Positions 12,550-25,620 are shown, numbered from the stretch's first letter. The stretch: 64,000 nucleotides of DNA from Patellaria atrata CBS 101060 (GCA_010093705.1 MU006096.1:1138004-1202003); one strand, 5' to 3'. Program-made: numbers and translations. Notes: a model not told the origin generated them from the letters alone.

Positions 12550-13703
12550 ATGAGTTCACGTAAGATACTGTATCCAAGAAGCTTGCCCAAACTAATGCGA
12601 GAATAGAGCAGTATGCGGTTCCAGATCCTCCAACTGATGCTATTTCCGCTGTAAAGTTCGGACCTGGACCATCGCGACTTCTACTCGTCTCCTCCTGGGA
12701 CAAGAACATTTACTTATACGAGGTCCAAGACGGTGGCAGTAGCCAGCTGCTTAGAAGAGTAGAACTCGAAGCACCGATTCTCGATGTATGCTTTGGCGAC
12801 AATGAACATGAAGCGTACACCGCAGGACTAGACTGGGCAGTTTCGAAGTATGTCTACCAGAAAGAACTATCAATTAATTCATGATCTAACTCTAGTATCT
12901 GTAGGGTGAATCTAGAAACTTCAGAAAAGATCACCTTGAGCTCGCACGATGCTGGTGTGAAATCTGTAGTCTACAGCCCTGAACATCACCTACTGATTTC
13001 CGGCTCATGGGATAGTACTTTGCATGTTCATCTGACAGACAATCCGGAACGCACATGGAGCACCATCCGATTACCTTCAAAAGTCTACTCGATGTCCATA
13101 ACGTCCACGAAGCTCGTTGTCGCAATGGCAAATAGGTGGGGACACATCTATGAACTCGAGCGCATACGTAAGCTTGCGGCGCAAGCAAACAATCCCGCAC
13201 CAAATGTCCTGGATATACAGACATGGCAATCGCGGGAGAGCTCGTTAAAGTTCATGACCCGGGCAGTAGCATGCATGCCAAACGATGCTGGATATGCGAG
13301 TAGTAGCATTGAGGGTCGTGTAGGAGTGGAGTGGTTCGACGCGTCAGAAGAATCGCAAGCCCGGAAGTACGCATTCAAATGCCACCGCCAAACGGAGAAT
13401 GGGGCTGATATTGTATATCCCGTCAACGCCTTGACCTTTCATCCCATCCATCATGGTACTTTCGCGTCTGGAGGAGGAGATGGAGTCGTTGCCCTTTGGG
13501 ATGGCATCGGCAAGAGGAGGATACGACAATATCAACGTAACCCCTCAAGCGTAGCTGCATTAGCGTTCTCATCCGATGGAAAGTTCTTAGCTGTTGGTGT
13601 TAGTCCTGGATTTGAAGATGGGCAAGAGGATAGTCAAGGCACGGTTGCAGTCTATGTTAGGGAGTTAGGTGAAAATGAGGCAAAGGCCAAAGGAGCAAAA
13701 TGA
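12550..13703 (+). CDS. BUB3: Mitotic checkpoint WD40 protein Bub3
   Basis: Spliced N-terminus ...PPTDAISAVKF...LVSSWDK; RESSLKFMTR, SSIEGRV, YAFKCHR, YPVNAL, KRRIRQY. Introns at about 12560-12606 and 12848-12904. Confidence 0.88.
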
Positions 13704-15519
13704 AGTCTGCTTGGAGGTGTATATGCGGATCTATAGCCCTAGATTTGGTTGGAAAAGTTCGTATGTGTCACGCTGTTCTTGACGCTGATGCAAATTTCAA
13801 GCATGGCCCCTTTTACCTACGCGACAGGTCTAGAATGACTCCTGTTCAGGATGAGGTCGACGGTGTCATGATGGACTCTGCTGTATGTGCTCCTTTTCGT
13901 CTTTCGTCTGATTTCACCTCTAAGATGCGTCAGCGTCAAAGCACTGGTACCTGTGAGCAATCATCAAAAGGGGAAATTAGAAGGGATCCTGGGAATAGCA
14001 ACTGCTAAATTACCATCGACTGGTACTGGATTCTCAATTCAGATTTAGAGGAAAGCGCTTATAACTGTGCCGACTATAGTGTGATGTGTACCAAATAGAA
14101 AAGCTTGGAACGATTCAATAAGAATTCAAGATGCTTCTCTACTATAACTCTAAGATCTATAACGCATCTTTGCCTCAACTTCTCTATTCGTCGCTCGATA
14201 TCTTGGTAGTGTAACTTCTTTTGGCGCTTACGCTCACCTTTCAAGTACCTCGATCATCACTCATAGAGAACCAATGAGACTATGAGGATATTCTCGAGAG
14301 TATAAGTTCTGTTCACCCCTATTCCCCTGCCTAGTGCTCTGTTACAGATAGCTCATACTAACATTCTTCTTATCAATGGGCCGCACAAGAAATAATTAAT
14401 ATAGGGGGTTCAATGCTGACATCTCACGACGATATGGACCACTGTTTATACTCAGTATTTCGAGCTGTCTGACTATTTCCCTTCTAACGGTCCACTACCA
14501 ACGAAGTACTGTATATGATGATTATGAGCGTACCACGAACATAACTGACATCTACCCATCGAAGCCGTTCATTGAGTACCCCCCTACGGTACGCACCGTA
14601 CGGGAACTGTGAAAGGTTACCAAATGTTAATAACGGGAGTCAGTCACTCGATCCGATCCTTTAGTGGTCGTTTGCCGTGTGTCCCGGCATCAACACAGAT
14701 CTTCTTATCTGTTTCCCGTAAAGCGTTTCCGGTGAAGAAAAAGGAGACGGTTTGCAACGCCGCCGTCGGATTACCGGTATTTGGCTGCACAAAAGGCATG
14801 ATCCTGTTTAGACGGTTTTTATTCTATAATACCTCTATGAGAGGTGAAAGCTCGATAGTCCCTTTTCGGGTGCCATTAGGGCTGTTCCATACCCCCACGG
14901 ATCCTTTGGAGCCACTTTGAGTCTTCCAACCTCGAAAGCATGTGGCATGCAGGGGTAAACGACAACCTCAGCTCTCCACAAAATGCCATTTCTTTGCTTG
15001 AATTTTCTGGAGCCCGGATGAGAGGACTCGTAACGACGAATAATGCGTTTTTGGCATGCACAGTGACATGTCAGGTTTCGGATGCCTGTTTTGGACGCAC
15101 GAGACCAATTTCCGAATGTGAACGGCTTCTCCCTTCCCTTTGTCCCTAAGTGAACAACCCGACGCCTTCCTACCGGGACGGCGTATTTGTGGCTTCTTTA
15201 GCTGAACACTTCTTTCGAAAGCTGAAAAATTTCGAGACACCATGATAAGACAGCTATGGAGTCTATTATGGAGACATTGAGAGAATTCGGAATGGCCACG
15301 GAAGTTCTCCTTTTCAGTGAGCCTCAAAAAATTGGGTAAGAAAGAGGTATTGTAAAGTATGGTTAGGCTGGCGGAGTAGCCTCAGAAGTAGTTTTGATAC
15401 ACCACATGTGAGTTACGAAAGTCTACGAACCGCACATTTCCTACACTGTCATTCACTCTCTTCTCCACAGTCACTCTCCAGCCCTTTTCTTCTATTCAGT
15501 CACTCCTTCCAAAGGCACA

Positions 15520-16458
15520 ATGGCCTACTCCAAAACCCACAAACGCACCAAAGATCTCGGCGAGACCCCTCCCAAATTCTTCTGGTTTTGCGTCTTGACA
15601 GTCAGCTTCTACGTCTGGCTCATCTTCTCCACCGAGTTCCCCGAAGACCCACGATTCCCGCATGCTCAAAAACCATCGATGTCGAAATCCACCCGCAACG
15701 CCTACTGCACCTTCCTCTCCTCCCCCCTCCCCAGCAACGTCGAAGACACCGAGTTCCTCGCAACCCGCATTCTCGCCTACCAACTCCTCCACGACCCGAC
15801 CACCAAATCCCCCTCCAAACTCCCACTCGTCGTACTGGTAACCAAGGACGTGGAGCAGAGCAAACGCAACCTCCTCACCGCAGACGGGGCAACAGTGCTC
15901 GAAGTAACGCCCTTCCTAACCTCCTCCACCCCCTCCTCCGCCTCCGATCTGACCAAACTCCGCGCCTTCCAACTCACCCAGTTCGACAAAGTGTTGTACC
16001 TCGCGCCCTCCACCCTCCTGACGCAGCCGCTGGACGCCGTGTTCGCGGACCCCGCGACCGCGGAGTACGCGGCCCTGACGCCAGAGACGGAGCCCCCGCC
16101 CCAGTCTAACACCCAGGCGCCCTCGAGCTATGTTTTCGCTGCGTCGGCTACGACGGGGAACATGCTCGACCCCGGTTTCGTGGTGTTTAAACCGGCCGAG
16201 GGGTTGTTTAGACACTACATCGCGGTTCTGGGCGCGAGTGAGAGGGGCTTTGATACCGCGGAGGCGCTGTGGAGGGAGGTGCATGCGCAGAAGAGCAATA
16301 TGCCGTGGAATCGGCTTGCGGGGGAGTGGAATGGTGAGGTTTTGAAGGAGGGGGTTAGGAGTGTGAGGGTCGAGGGACGCGGGAGTGGGGAGGTGAGGGA
16401 GGTTTGGGGAAGAGTTAGAGGAAGGATGGAGGGGTATTGGATTAGGGCGGAAGAGTAA
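15520..16458 (+). CDS. Glycosyltransferase family 8-like type II membrane protein (GNT1/glycogenin-like), DXD motif lost
   Basis: N-terminal TM; NAYCTFL, ATRILAYQLLHDP, VLVTKDV, LTKLRAFQLTQFDKVLYL, YVFAA, GFVVFKP, MPW-RL-GEWN match fungal GT8 proteins. Confidence 0.85.
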   Translation: MAYSKTHKRTKDLGETPPKFFWFCVLTVSFYVWLIFSTEFPEDPRFPHAQKPSMSKSTRNAYCTFLSSPLPSNVEDTEFLATRILAYQLLHDPTTKSPSKLPLVVLVTKDVEQSKRNLLTADGATVLEVTPFLTSSTPSSASDLTKLRAFQLTQFDKVLYLAPSTLLTQPLDAVFADPATAEYAALTPETEPPPQSNTQAPSSYVFAASATTGNMLDPGFVVFKPAEGLFRHYIAVLGASERGFDTAEALWREVHAQKSNMPWNRLAGEWNGEVLKEGVRSVRVEGRGSGEVREVWGRVRGRMEGYWIRAEE

Positions 16459-16856
16459 TTTGATGCGGATGGTCAGTTTGTGTTTGGACTTTTGTGCTGT
16501 CAATTGGGTTGGTGACTTAGACGTAGAGGGAGTTTGGCTTCGTGCATTTTGGAGTTTCGGTACGGAGCATGGATTATTTGCCGGGAGATGTTACGAGCAT
16601 TTAATAAGATATTCCTGTAACTGTTGATTAGATGGACTACATAGGATAGCAGCTGTCCCAACTTTAGGTAAAGATATAGTGGACCGTATAGTACTGTACA
16701 ATTCTCATTATTCTATATCAAATCGAATATGGACTTATCTCAGTCTCGATATCCACCCGCTCTTCCTAGAACACCTCACACGCCAGTTCCCATTCTAAGA
16801 AAACACCCTAAGGTACATTTACACGGAAAGAGTGAACCAAAACCCCTGAGCTCACT

Positions 16857-18100
16857 TCACCTCCCCTTCTCCTCCCTCTCCTTCATAACGCTCTCCCACT
16901 CACTCTTTCCAATATCCTCTCCCACCTTCAACTCATCCTCCCCGGCCCTCAACCTCGCCCAAAACTCCTCAATCTCATCCGGATACCCAGTCTCATTATA
17001 CGGCACTTCGAGCCTCTCCGTCCTCTGATCCACAACATCCATCCACCTTCCCATCCGCTCCGGCCTCAACCCATCCCTATTACTCGCAAAATGGATCAAC
17101 AAGCTGCCCGGGCGGGCATGATTCGGCTTTAGCCTCGCGCCCTGCTCCTCGGGAGGCGGGTACGCGTTGAACCAGCGCTGGGGTACGATGACAGTGGAGC
17201 GCTTGTACCAGGGGACCTTGAGCATCTCCTCCATGGCGGACTGCTCGGTGTACTTGAGGTCGACGTCGGGGCGGAAGTGGTGGAAGGCGAGGGCGTGCGC
17301 GAACAGCTTGAGCGCCCAGTCGTTCACGCGCAGCATGAAGACGCCGTTGTTTAGACCGTGCCGGTCGTTAGTCGCGAGGAGGTAGATGTGGCTGAAGTCC
17401 GCTTGCGGCGGGATGAAGGCTTCGAGCGGCATCAGCGGGTTCGTTATCACTGTGTCTCGGTCGAACCACCTGGTTGGGTTAGATGAAGGGCCGCTGTGAG
17501 GGGAGGGGGGAGAGCTTACCACACCCATTGCAGTCGTTGATCTTCGGGTTTTGCGAGCTCCTCCGTGATGATGTGGAGGATGTAGGCGTGCTTTGACCAG
17601 AGGCCTGATAGGAGCCTTTCTCGTAACACGAACTCCGGGTATCCGTGGATTTGGTTGTGCAGGTTGTGCGATTCGATTGCTCGGTCGTAGCATGGATCAG
17701 GGCCTCCGAACGAGATGGTGATTTTTCCAACAACTGGTTGCGTGGTAGGGGTAGAGACTGCTGCTTCTGCTACTGACGAAGTTGTGGCTACTTCTATTAC
17801 CTCAGTGTCTGCGGACACAGGGGGTTCTTGATTTTCATGAACTGGCGTATTTTCGACCACAGGTTCGTCTTCAACCACCGGTTGCTGCAAATTGACTGGA
17901 ATCTCGGGTTTACTTTGATCTGGTATGATGATATCCGCACTATTGCTCTGCGCCCTTAAATATGTCCATAACGCGATCACTCCCATCAAGGCAACCGCCA
18001 AAACTCTGAGATATTTTCTCCTTCTCGTTCGACTGTATGACGCGCTCATGCCAGTATCAGGCGGGGTCAGAGTCGAAGAATAATATCGTGTACCGTGCAT
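16857..18100 (-). CDS. Glycosyltransferase family 34 (Gma12/Mnn10-like), type II membrane protein
   Basis: TM anchor and stem; RAIESH..HN..HGY, GLWSKHAYIL, spliced QWVWWFDRDTVITNP, GLNNGVF, EQSAM, VPQRWFNAY, LIHFA. Intron at about 17471-17519. Confidence 0.9.
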
Positions 18101-19370
18101 CGTGGGATAAAGATAAAATAATTATAAGGAGTGACACGAAGAGATGCAAAATGACCGAAAGGAACAGAAACACGTTGATAGACTAGAAACCCACCATGAC
18201 GAGAAAGATTATTGGGTTGCAAAATCACAAAGTTTTACTGCAGCAAATTCAGCAATAATGACATGTGCCGCCCCTGTCGGTCTCAGGGGAGAGAGGTTGA
18301 GGGAGTCTGCAAAAAGTCTAGACAGTCCTCCCACTTCGTCCACGAGCGGAAGTGGGACTAGAAAACCGAATACAGAGAGTTTGAAAACATAGAATTGATA
18401 CCGGAGGTTGTTTATTTCAATACGTTTATAGTTCTACTGTGGCGTTTCCGGCTATTTGAATTGGAGACGCGCTTGTACCTGATCTGACGCAGGGGTACAG
18501 GCTGGGTATGGTCGGATTTGGTTGTTGGTGCTTGTCTCACCTGTCAAGGCTTTCGAGCAGATTAACTTGAAGATTGTTCTGCCGATCTGACAGCAAGGGT
18601 CGAAACCAAGCTCTTTTTTACGCACGACCAGTTGCCCAAAAGAAATTCTTGCTGGGTTGTTCTGTAACTCTGGCGGGAGAAGCTGATGAGACACCTTACA
18701 GATTATTATCTTTCCTCTTTTTATTCTCAATAATGCGATGGCCCTGAAATATGATATGTTTCGATCTCGGTGAGGCTGACCAGTAATGTGATGTCGGATA
18801 AATCAGCGGGTGAGGAAAAAGGTAGGAGTTGCAAAACAGCCTCAAAGAAGTGAGTTTCGGAAGCTGTGCAAGACTGCAAGTATCTTCTATTTGCCCCTGC
18901 TGTGCCCCACTACTGATAAGCTAAGGCTTTGACTAATATCGAGGATGATGCCATGATCTTTATTAGAACATGCTAGTCCGTGTAGTAGTTCGTAGATCTT
19001 TCTGAGTCGAGCAAAAAGAAACTTGGGCATCTCTGCGGCTAGCCGATCAAAATCTCAGAAAAATATGTCGAGATTGTACCCCGTATTGCCGTCATATATT
19101 GCTTGCTACGCATTAAATAATCTACAGTAGCGACCTCCGACCCATATTAACGAGGAATGTACGATACTGTGCAGTACAGGATAGGTAGAAAGTTGAACTC
19201 CGAACCTAGCTATCACACAAATAGTGAGAGTCTAACCAACTCCTTGACTATGCCGACCCAAAGTTCCATCTAGTTGATCTAGCTGTCTTATATGCCATTC
19301 CAACGCCCATAAATTTTCAAGGATAAAAAGAAATAGTATAGAACCGAAGGATAAAATATTGCGGACTATC

Positions 19371-21896
19371 TCACCGTTCAAATCGGCTTGGCTCGGGTAA
19401 CAAGCCCCTGAATAGTCGCGTGATGGTTCTTTTCAACGATAGGAGTTCATCCCGATCGTCCGTGGTGACATCGTCATTCATGCACAGTTGGCCAACAGGC
19501 CGTGCATTGTTCGTCAAAAGTCTTTCTATCAACGTGTGCTCGACTTGTTCTGCGTCGGTGACCATGGTGAAGAGGGCATCCGGCTCCACAATGGCATACT
19601 GATAGCGCTTCAGTGCTTTGACGACTGTCTTTCTTTGCTCAGGGTGAGTTTTCTTCTTTGGAAGCATTGGATTGAGTCCCTTGACAACCCTATTTAGGAG
19701 CAATTTGATCAGACAGTCGCCACAGTGAGTATCTTGACGGGACAAGCGATCGAAGATAGTAGCACTTGAGAAGACAGGATTGGTATAATGCTGGTCCGAT
19801 AATGGACTCGAAAATCCAGGGGCAAGGCACTGGTTGACATCGAACTCGTAGCATTCGATATCCCTAATCATTGCAGGGCCATCCAAGGAGGTCCAAAGAG
19901 TGTCAATGTTGACTTTTGGGGGTTCCAAACCAGCTTCTGCCAGAGATCGGCCGACATAATAGAACATCCTTTTGCGGAATGTCGTCTGTCCTTCACGTTC
20001 TAGACCTTGCTCCAAATCGTGCATGACCGCTTGCCTCTCCGCCCATCCAAGGTTTCCGTCGCCGTTGGTGTCACTTCGAATCATGATGTAGCTCCAAAGT
20101 AGAGCCTCACGGTGACGTTCCATGGTGTAATGGAAGGTGACATACCAGGAGTAAAGCTGAAATCCAGTCTCCCCACGAAACCTTTGGCAAGCACTCCTTA
20201 ATGCCGGTCTGGGAAAGGTATTGATTGCTTCCCTCGTCACGCTGCGTGAAAGGGAATGCCCAAAATGCACCTGTCCTTTCCGTTTACGGTGACCAAAACG
20301 ACGATTGAGGAGCCAGGATGTGTAGATCAGGTACGGTTTCTCTCCGAAGCGATGAGCATCCACTTCCGAAGGGGGCTGTAGGGTATTGTACCCATTAGAC
20401 TTGAATCCCATCGTTGGACCAAATAGCGGTGAATAGATGTCGGACGCGGCGTGCGGTCTGCCGAGAAGCATGTCATCGGACAAAGCAAAAAGCTTGCTAC
20501 AATCAGCTTGATCGTCACTACAGTGTAATAAATCCACGTACCCTATCCGTATCAGACGGTGTGTTGAAGATTTGATTCTCAATGGTCAAAGAATTGAACG
20601 TAGGCAAACAGGCTTTCTCCTCTTCTCCAAAAAATTCCTCTTGAGACAGAATTTGGATTGCATGATCATCTTCTTTCAGCCATAAAGGTCTCTGCTTGTC
20701 GAAAGTTCCCACTCCTTCAACTTCAGTTTTGTCCACAGCGTTGACCAAAATCTGGATATTATTTCTGAATGATGGAGCATGCTGCTCTATGCTGCGGATT
20801 GAATATCGAAGCTCATCCCAGTCTCTATACCTATTGACACCATGCGATTTGATCCATTCCCCCTCTGGATCATTTAGGGAGGAGTTCAACTCATACGGGC
20901 GCATCGTATTCGCAAAATCTTCGTCAGAACCGTTGACCCCTAAAATTCCATGAGACAGATTATCATCACAAGGAAATGTAGCTTACAAGTGTATACAAAA
21001 TCAATTTTCGGTTCCGGCAGCTTTCCCCAAATCTTAGAGTCGTATCGAGCATGCGCTATCCAGTCGTCTTCCCAACCTTCATAAGTGACATCATTAACTG
21101 CATCCTCAAAAGGTATATGGATAAGGTCCGGCAAGCCATCTGCTTTTTCGTCGAGGGCAAGGTACGCTGCATAGCTGGGGAAAGAGTATGATTTCCCGGC
21201 TACTGGAATATTATGTACCTCTTGTATATCTTCCGGATCAGGTGACTTGTTTATGCTGTGTAAAGGCTGTTCCCATTTTCCATGGGTAATTTCATTTTCA
21301 TCCCCTTCCTCATCATTTTGACCAAGCTGGAGTGAAGGTTGTTGGCCACGTTCGTTCGGAACTAACTTGGGCCTCGTCTCTCCCGTATCGTCTAAATTCT
21401 CTTCTTTGACATGCTGATTCTGAAGCGGATTTTGTAATTGTGGATTTACTGGTTGCTCTATGTCCACGATTGGATCCAATTCTTTCTCCTTGACAAATTC
21501 CTTTTCTTCCGCTAACTCTTTCTCATCCGCCGTCTCTTTCTGTGATATCAATGACTCTTGCCTATCTACATTTGGTGCCGAATTTTCGTTTAGATTGGTG
21601 TTCTCAGACACCTGGCCTGCGGGAGTTGATGCGTCGTGATCAGACGATTTACCGTGGTAGACACCAGGGTGCCATTGTTCGTCAGATGTGTGTTCGTTAT
21701 ATAAAGATTGTACAGTATTGAATGAATTTTTAGTAGAATGATGGAAGGGAAAACTTTTATGAAGCCACCAAACGCAGAGGATGATAAAAGCGCATATAAG
21801 ATAAAACGTCCTTCGTTTACGAGGTAAGGTTCTTGCGGCAGAAGAGAAGTTGGATTTCTTCTGCCATTGTACTTCACTCCTGGGGAGCTCATACAT
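19371..21896 (-). CDS. Stealth-family sugar-1-phosphate transferase (Cryptococcus Xpt1-like), type II membrane protein, 3 exons
   Basis: Stealth CR1 IDFVYTWVNGSD (across the intron at about 20940-20986); CR2 NRYRDWDELRYSIRSI, PTFNSLTIE, LSDDM; CR3 RFRG; CR4 LCMNDD; EF-hand-like DTNGDGNLGWAE. Confidence 0.92.
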
Positions 21897-24249
21897 CGTG
21901 ACTGAAAATCAATAAAGAATGAAATGGTCTTCAAGGACCTGAAGAAGACAATGAAAATAATAGATGTTGCTTGATGATCCTGAATTTAGTAAGTCATAGT
22001 TAGTAAGGAGCGGTAGGTGATCGTGTGCCCTCCTAGGAGGGGTCTTGCGCAAAAAAAAAAAAAAAAGATGAACCCAGGGAGGGGGTCCGAATAGCCAAGC
22101 AATTTCAGGACAGGCCCATCATACCAGAAAATATGAAGACTAGGCTGCTGAGTGGAAGATAGAGAATTCGGAAAGGGGTAACAAAGAAACCCAAGCAACT
22201 CCGCGATTCTACCACATGGACGAAGCTGGGGCCTATCCTGCCGTTGAGGCACTCATATTAGCAGCCATGGCGCAGACTGGACACAACTTGAAGTGTTGTG
22301 TATCTTGGGTACCATAGATTCGAACAGAAGTCCCCATGGCGTTGCTGAACATGATGGCCAAAGCGGTGGTGGGAGGATTAGGCTCCGAAGTTCAAGAGCC
22401 ATTAAACCGGTAATGAACTGGTAATGTACGTGAAAATCTCACTACATCCCTTTTGCAAAAATTACGAACTTATCGTTACACTTACCCCTGACAAGAAAAG
22501 TAGAAGACGGGGTTTTCCGGCGGAGACTCCGATGCTCGGCAAGGATTGATTCGTGGATGACTGTTGCTCGTGTGTCCGTAAGCCAAATGTGGATTAGGCT
22601 AAGCTGTGGCTTGTTAAAACTTTACCTCAACGTCCAGACTCCTGTTATGCCCTGTAGCTAAAGCCAACGATGGAACCAGGCCCAACCAGCAAAAAGTACA
22701 GAGCGAGGACTGCGTGGCAGCTCTAACCCGTTTGTACAAAATCATTCCACAACACTGATACAAATTCCAAAAGAACATGTTTGAAATTCCGATTTCAGCG
22801 AGTATCCCCATCGACTCCGTTGGTAGGTGCACCGATACTTTCAGTACAACTGATCGGCTAGGAAACGGGAAGCACACCCTGCTTCAATTACAGTAACATA
22901 CGGGCGGGCTTCCGCATCCGTAAGAATCTGATAGGTAGAATTCCGTCAATTCTATTCTAAGGCTCACAATCCCTTTCTGGTCGTATTTATTGATGCTTCC
23001 ATCAGATGCTTATCCAGATTACTGAGTGGCTGCTGTTGGCTCAGGACAGCTCAAACGCATAATTGGAAGATACTTTGCGATCAACATTTTTAACGACAGT
23101 ATGTTGTCAGTTTTTCGCGCCTACAATGTGATGTTACTTTGAACATACAGTACGGTACACTTCATGGCCCGCTCCGTGGTGTCTAATTTGTGAACTGTAG
23201 TGCACAAAGCGCCTAAGGTTCCACACGGAGATCAATCTTTGAACCACATACCAAGCTCAAATTGACGCCGTAGGTCGCCAAGGATCGACCTTTGGGTTCA
23301 TCTGTCATCGCAAGATTAAGATGAGCAATCGTAAGGATGCGTGGAGGTGCAACGACGGCGTGAAGCTAAGAGAACGTTGTCCAACTTGCATCCAGAATTG
23401 CGCCCCTACATTCGGAACATATTTTATACGTTGAAACTGACAGCTGATGACTTTGCAGACTTTATCTGAGCTTAATTGTGCAAACAATGCTTTCCAACGA
23501 GATTCAAAATATTGACTGCTCTTATGGACTATCAAAAAGGCGTAATATTTGCATAGCCCTAGAAGAACTGTTGAATGCAGTGGTACCCCTCTGTCCTATC
23601 AATAATAATTGACGTATCATTTTTGTGGATACTTTGTTCTTCGTCTTGTCTGCGCATCTCCCGTACTGTCACGTTTCTTTCGCGTACCTGCATGAGGGCT
23701 TATGCCTGTTCAGGAGAAGTGCTTTCTTTGCAAAACTGATCTTCGCGCCGGGACTACTTCAGCTCGCCAAATGTTAAGCCCTATCCCGCTCAATAAGGAA
23801 GAACGTCTTGTGTCTTTATGAATAGTGGCTATCCACTAACTTTCTGACTGCCCACACTCTTAACCTAATCGAGCACTATCATCAAACTTGCTCTCACAGC
23901 GGATCAGTACCCATGTCATTCGATTTACACCGGCAATATTGACATGGATTAAGTGAGCCACAGTACCAACGCAGAGATTGCTATCATGCCTCCGAGTCAA
24001 GTTCGGTGTGATAATCATCCTTTTAGGAATAACATTTTGGCAAGGACGTGGGCGATCATACACCTTGTCATCCCGCTGAGCCTCAAGGCAATAATGAAGA
24101 GTCTTTTAAAGAGGACTGTCATCCCTCATCTACTAAGTTTTTTCTCCTTGTTACTCAGTTCACTCGCTTACTTGGAGTCAACCTTTGTTTGCAATTGCAA
24201 CTTAATTCATCCTTATTAGGATAGTCACTCGTTTTTCAGCTTTGCAAAC

Positions 24250-25620
24250 ATGATTTCTTCATCCTCAGTACTAATAATCTCCGGGCTTGCTTCCCTCGCG
24301 TCTGCATCAAAGGCATACACAACTTACACACCTTGTGCGGATTGCCCTGCCGAGTACAGTCCTACCCCAATTACTGTCACGAAGCAATATCAACCAATCA
24401 CCACTTGCTCCGCAAGCTCGAGTGAGATCAGCTATGGCGTATATACAACTGAGTACCCGTGCTCTACCTACGCCTACGTCTCAACCGTCATCCCCTGCGC
24501 TGGACCAAGCGGCCCAACTTACACCACAGTGACGGACACCGCTGCGTATATCACTGTATCTCACTATGAGACTACCGCAACATACACATCTACCCCAACT
24601 GCGTATCCTTACCCAACTGGATACACAAATGCTACCACCACTTCCGCTTATCCCACCTACACCAAGGTGACAACCTACGACTACAAAATCCCATATCACA
24701 AGCTCGGAAAGTACGCTATTCCAGGTTATCCCGGCAGCGGTCTCGATCATGCCGCCAAACCCAAGCCCGATGGATCTTACCACCAGTATGTTGAGGTTGT
24801 TAAGTGTGTGGATGATGTGTGTGAGGAGTATGTCGACAGCTGGGATTACACCCCAGAGACAAAGACTTCCACATATGTTGTTTCCTGGTCGACTGCAACC
24901 TATGCCCCAACCAACGGTGTCTACACTTTCAAGGCTCCTTTCCACTCCAAGCCTTACACCACCAGCCTTGATAACTGCCCCAAGACTTACACTGCTCATG
25001 CGGCTGCTACAAAGACCAAGACAATCACTTTGAGCACCACCGTTACTGAGGTCAAGGCTTATCACACCAGCGCCTATGCTTCAACTGATGGCGTCTACAC
25101 CTACACCCTCTCCGGCAGCGTTCCTTACACCACCAGTGTCAACCACTGCCCCAAGACAATCCCCATTGATTACACCATCACCAAGACTTACACCAAGCCT
25201 GCCATCACCTCGTGCAAGAAGACCAGCACATCTACTCCTTATGGTCATCATACCACTCTCAAGACTTACACTAAGCCTCACGACACCACTTATCCCGCTT
25301 ATGAGACCACTCCTCCGGCGTACGAGACTACCCCTTACCCGTACGAGACTGAGACTCCTTATCCATCGGAGACTCCTTACCCAACATACCCATCATCCAC
25401 CACTTCTCCTTACTACCCGGATCCTTCCTCCGATCCGGACTATGATCCGTATGAGGTTACGTATGAGAAGCGTGATATGGCAGATCTCGTTCCCCGCGCG
25501 ACCGCTTTCGCTCGTCGCAACGCTGACCAGAAGGTGCGCCGCACCGGTGGTCTCCTTCGTCGTGCTGACGTGGAGAATGTCGACAAGAAGTTGAAGCGCA
25601 AGTCTGTCATCAAGGTTTAA
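24250..25620 (+). CDS. Secreted Thr/Tyr/Pro-rich repeat protein (putative cell-surface/matrix glycoprotein)
   Basis: Intronless 456-codon ORF with strong codon bias, signal peptide MISSSSVLIISGLASLASA, two internal Cys-containing repeats, YET(T)P(Y) repeats and dibasic KR/RR sites near the C-terminus. Confidence 0.85.
   Translation: MISSSSVLIISGLASLASASKAYTTYTPCADCPAEYSPTPITVTKQYQPITTCSASSSEISYGVYTTEYPCSTYAYVSTVIPCAGPSGPTYTTVTDTAAYITVSHYETTATYTSTPTAYPYPTGYTNATTTSAYPTYTKVTTYDYKIPYHKLGKYAIPGYPGSGLDHAAKPKPDGSYHQYVEVVKCVDDVCEEYVDSWDYTPETKTSTYVVSWSTATYAPTNGVYTFKAPFHSKPYTTSLDNCPKTYTAHAAATKTKTITLSTTVTEVKAYHTSAYASTDGVYTYTLSGSVPYTTSVNHCPKTIPIDYTITKTYTKPAITSCKKTSTSTPYGHHTTLKTYTKPHDTTYPAYETTPPAYETTPYPYETETPYPSETPYPTYPSSTTSPYYPDPSSDPDYDPYEVTYEKRDMADLVPRATAFARRNADQKVRRTGGLLRRADVENVDKKLKRKSVIKV

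Noticed and set aside
12338..12709. N-terminal extension of the GPN2 ORF (and similarly OPI10 at 40137-40313 and ELP4 at 42473-42616)
   Set aside because: The GPN2 extension runs through the shared promoter into BUB3; in each case the conserved protein begins at a downstream ATG and the extension shows no coherent character.
14609..15350. Short ORF fragments that might be a gene relic before the GT block
   Set aside because: No frame gives a recognisable domain or a consistent splice model.
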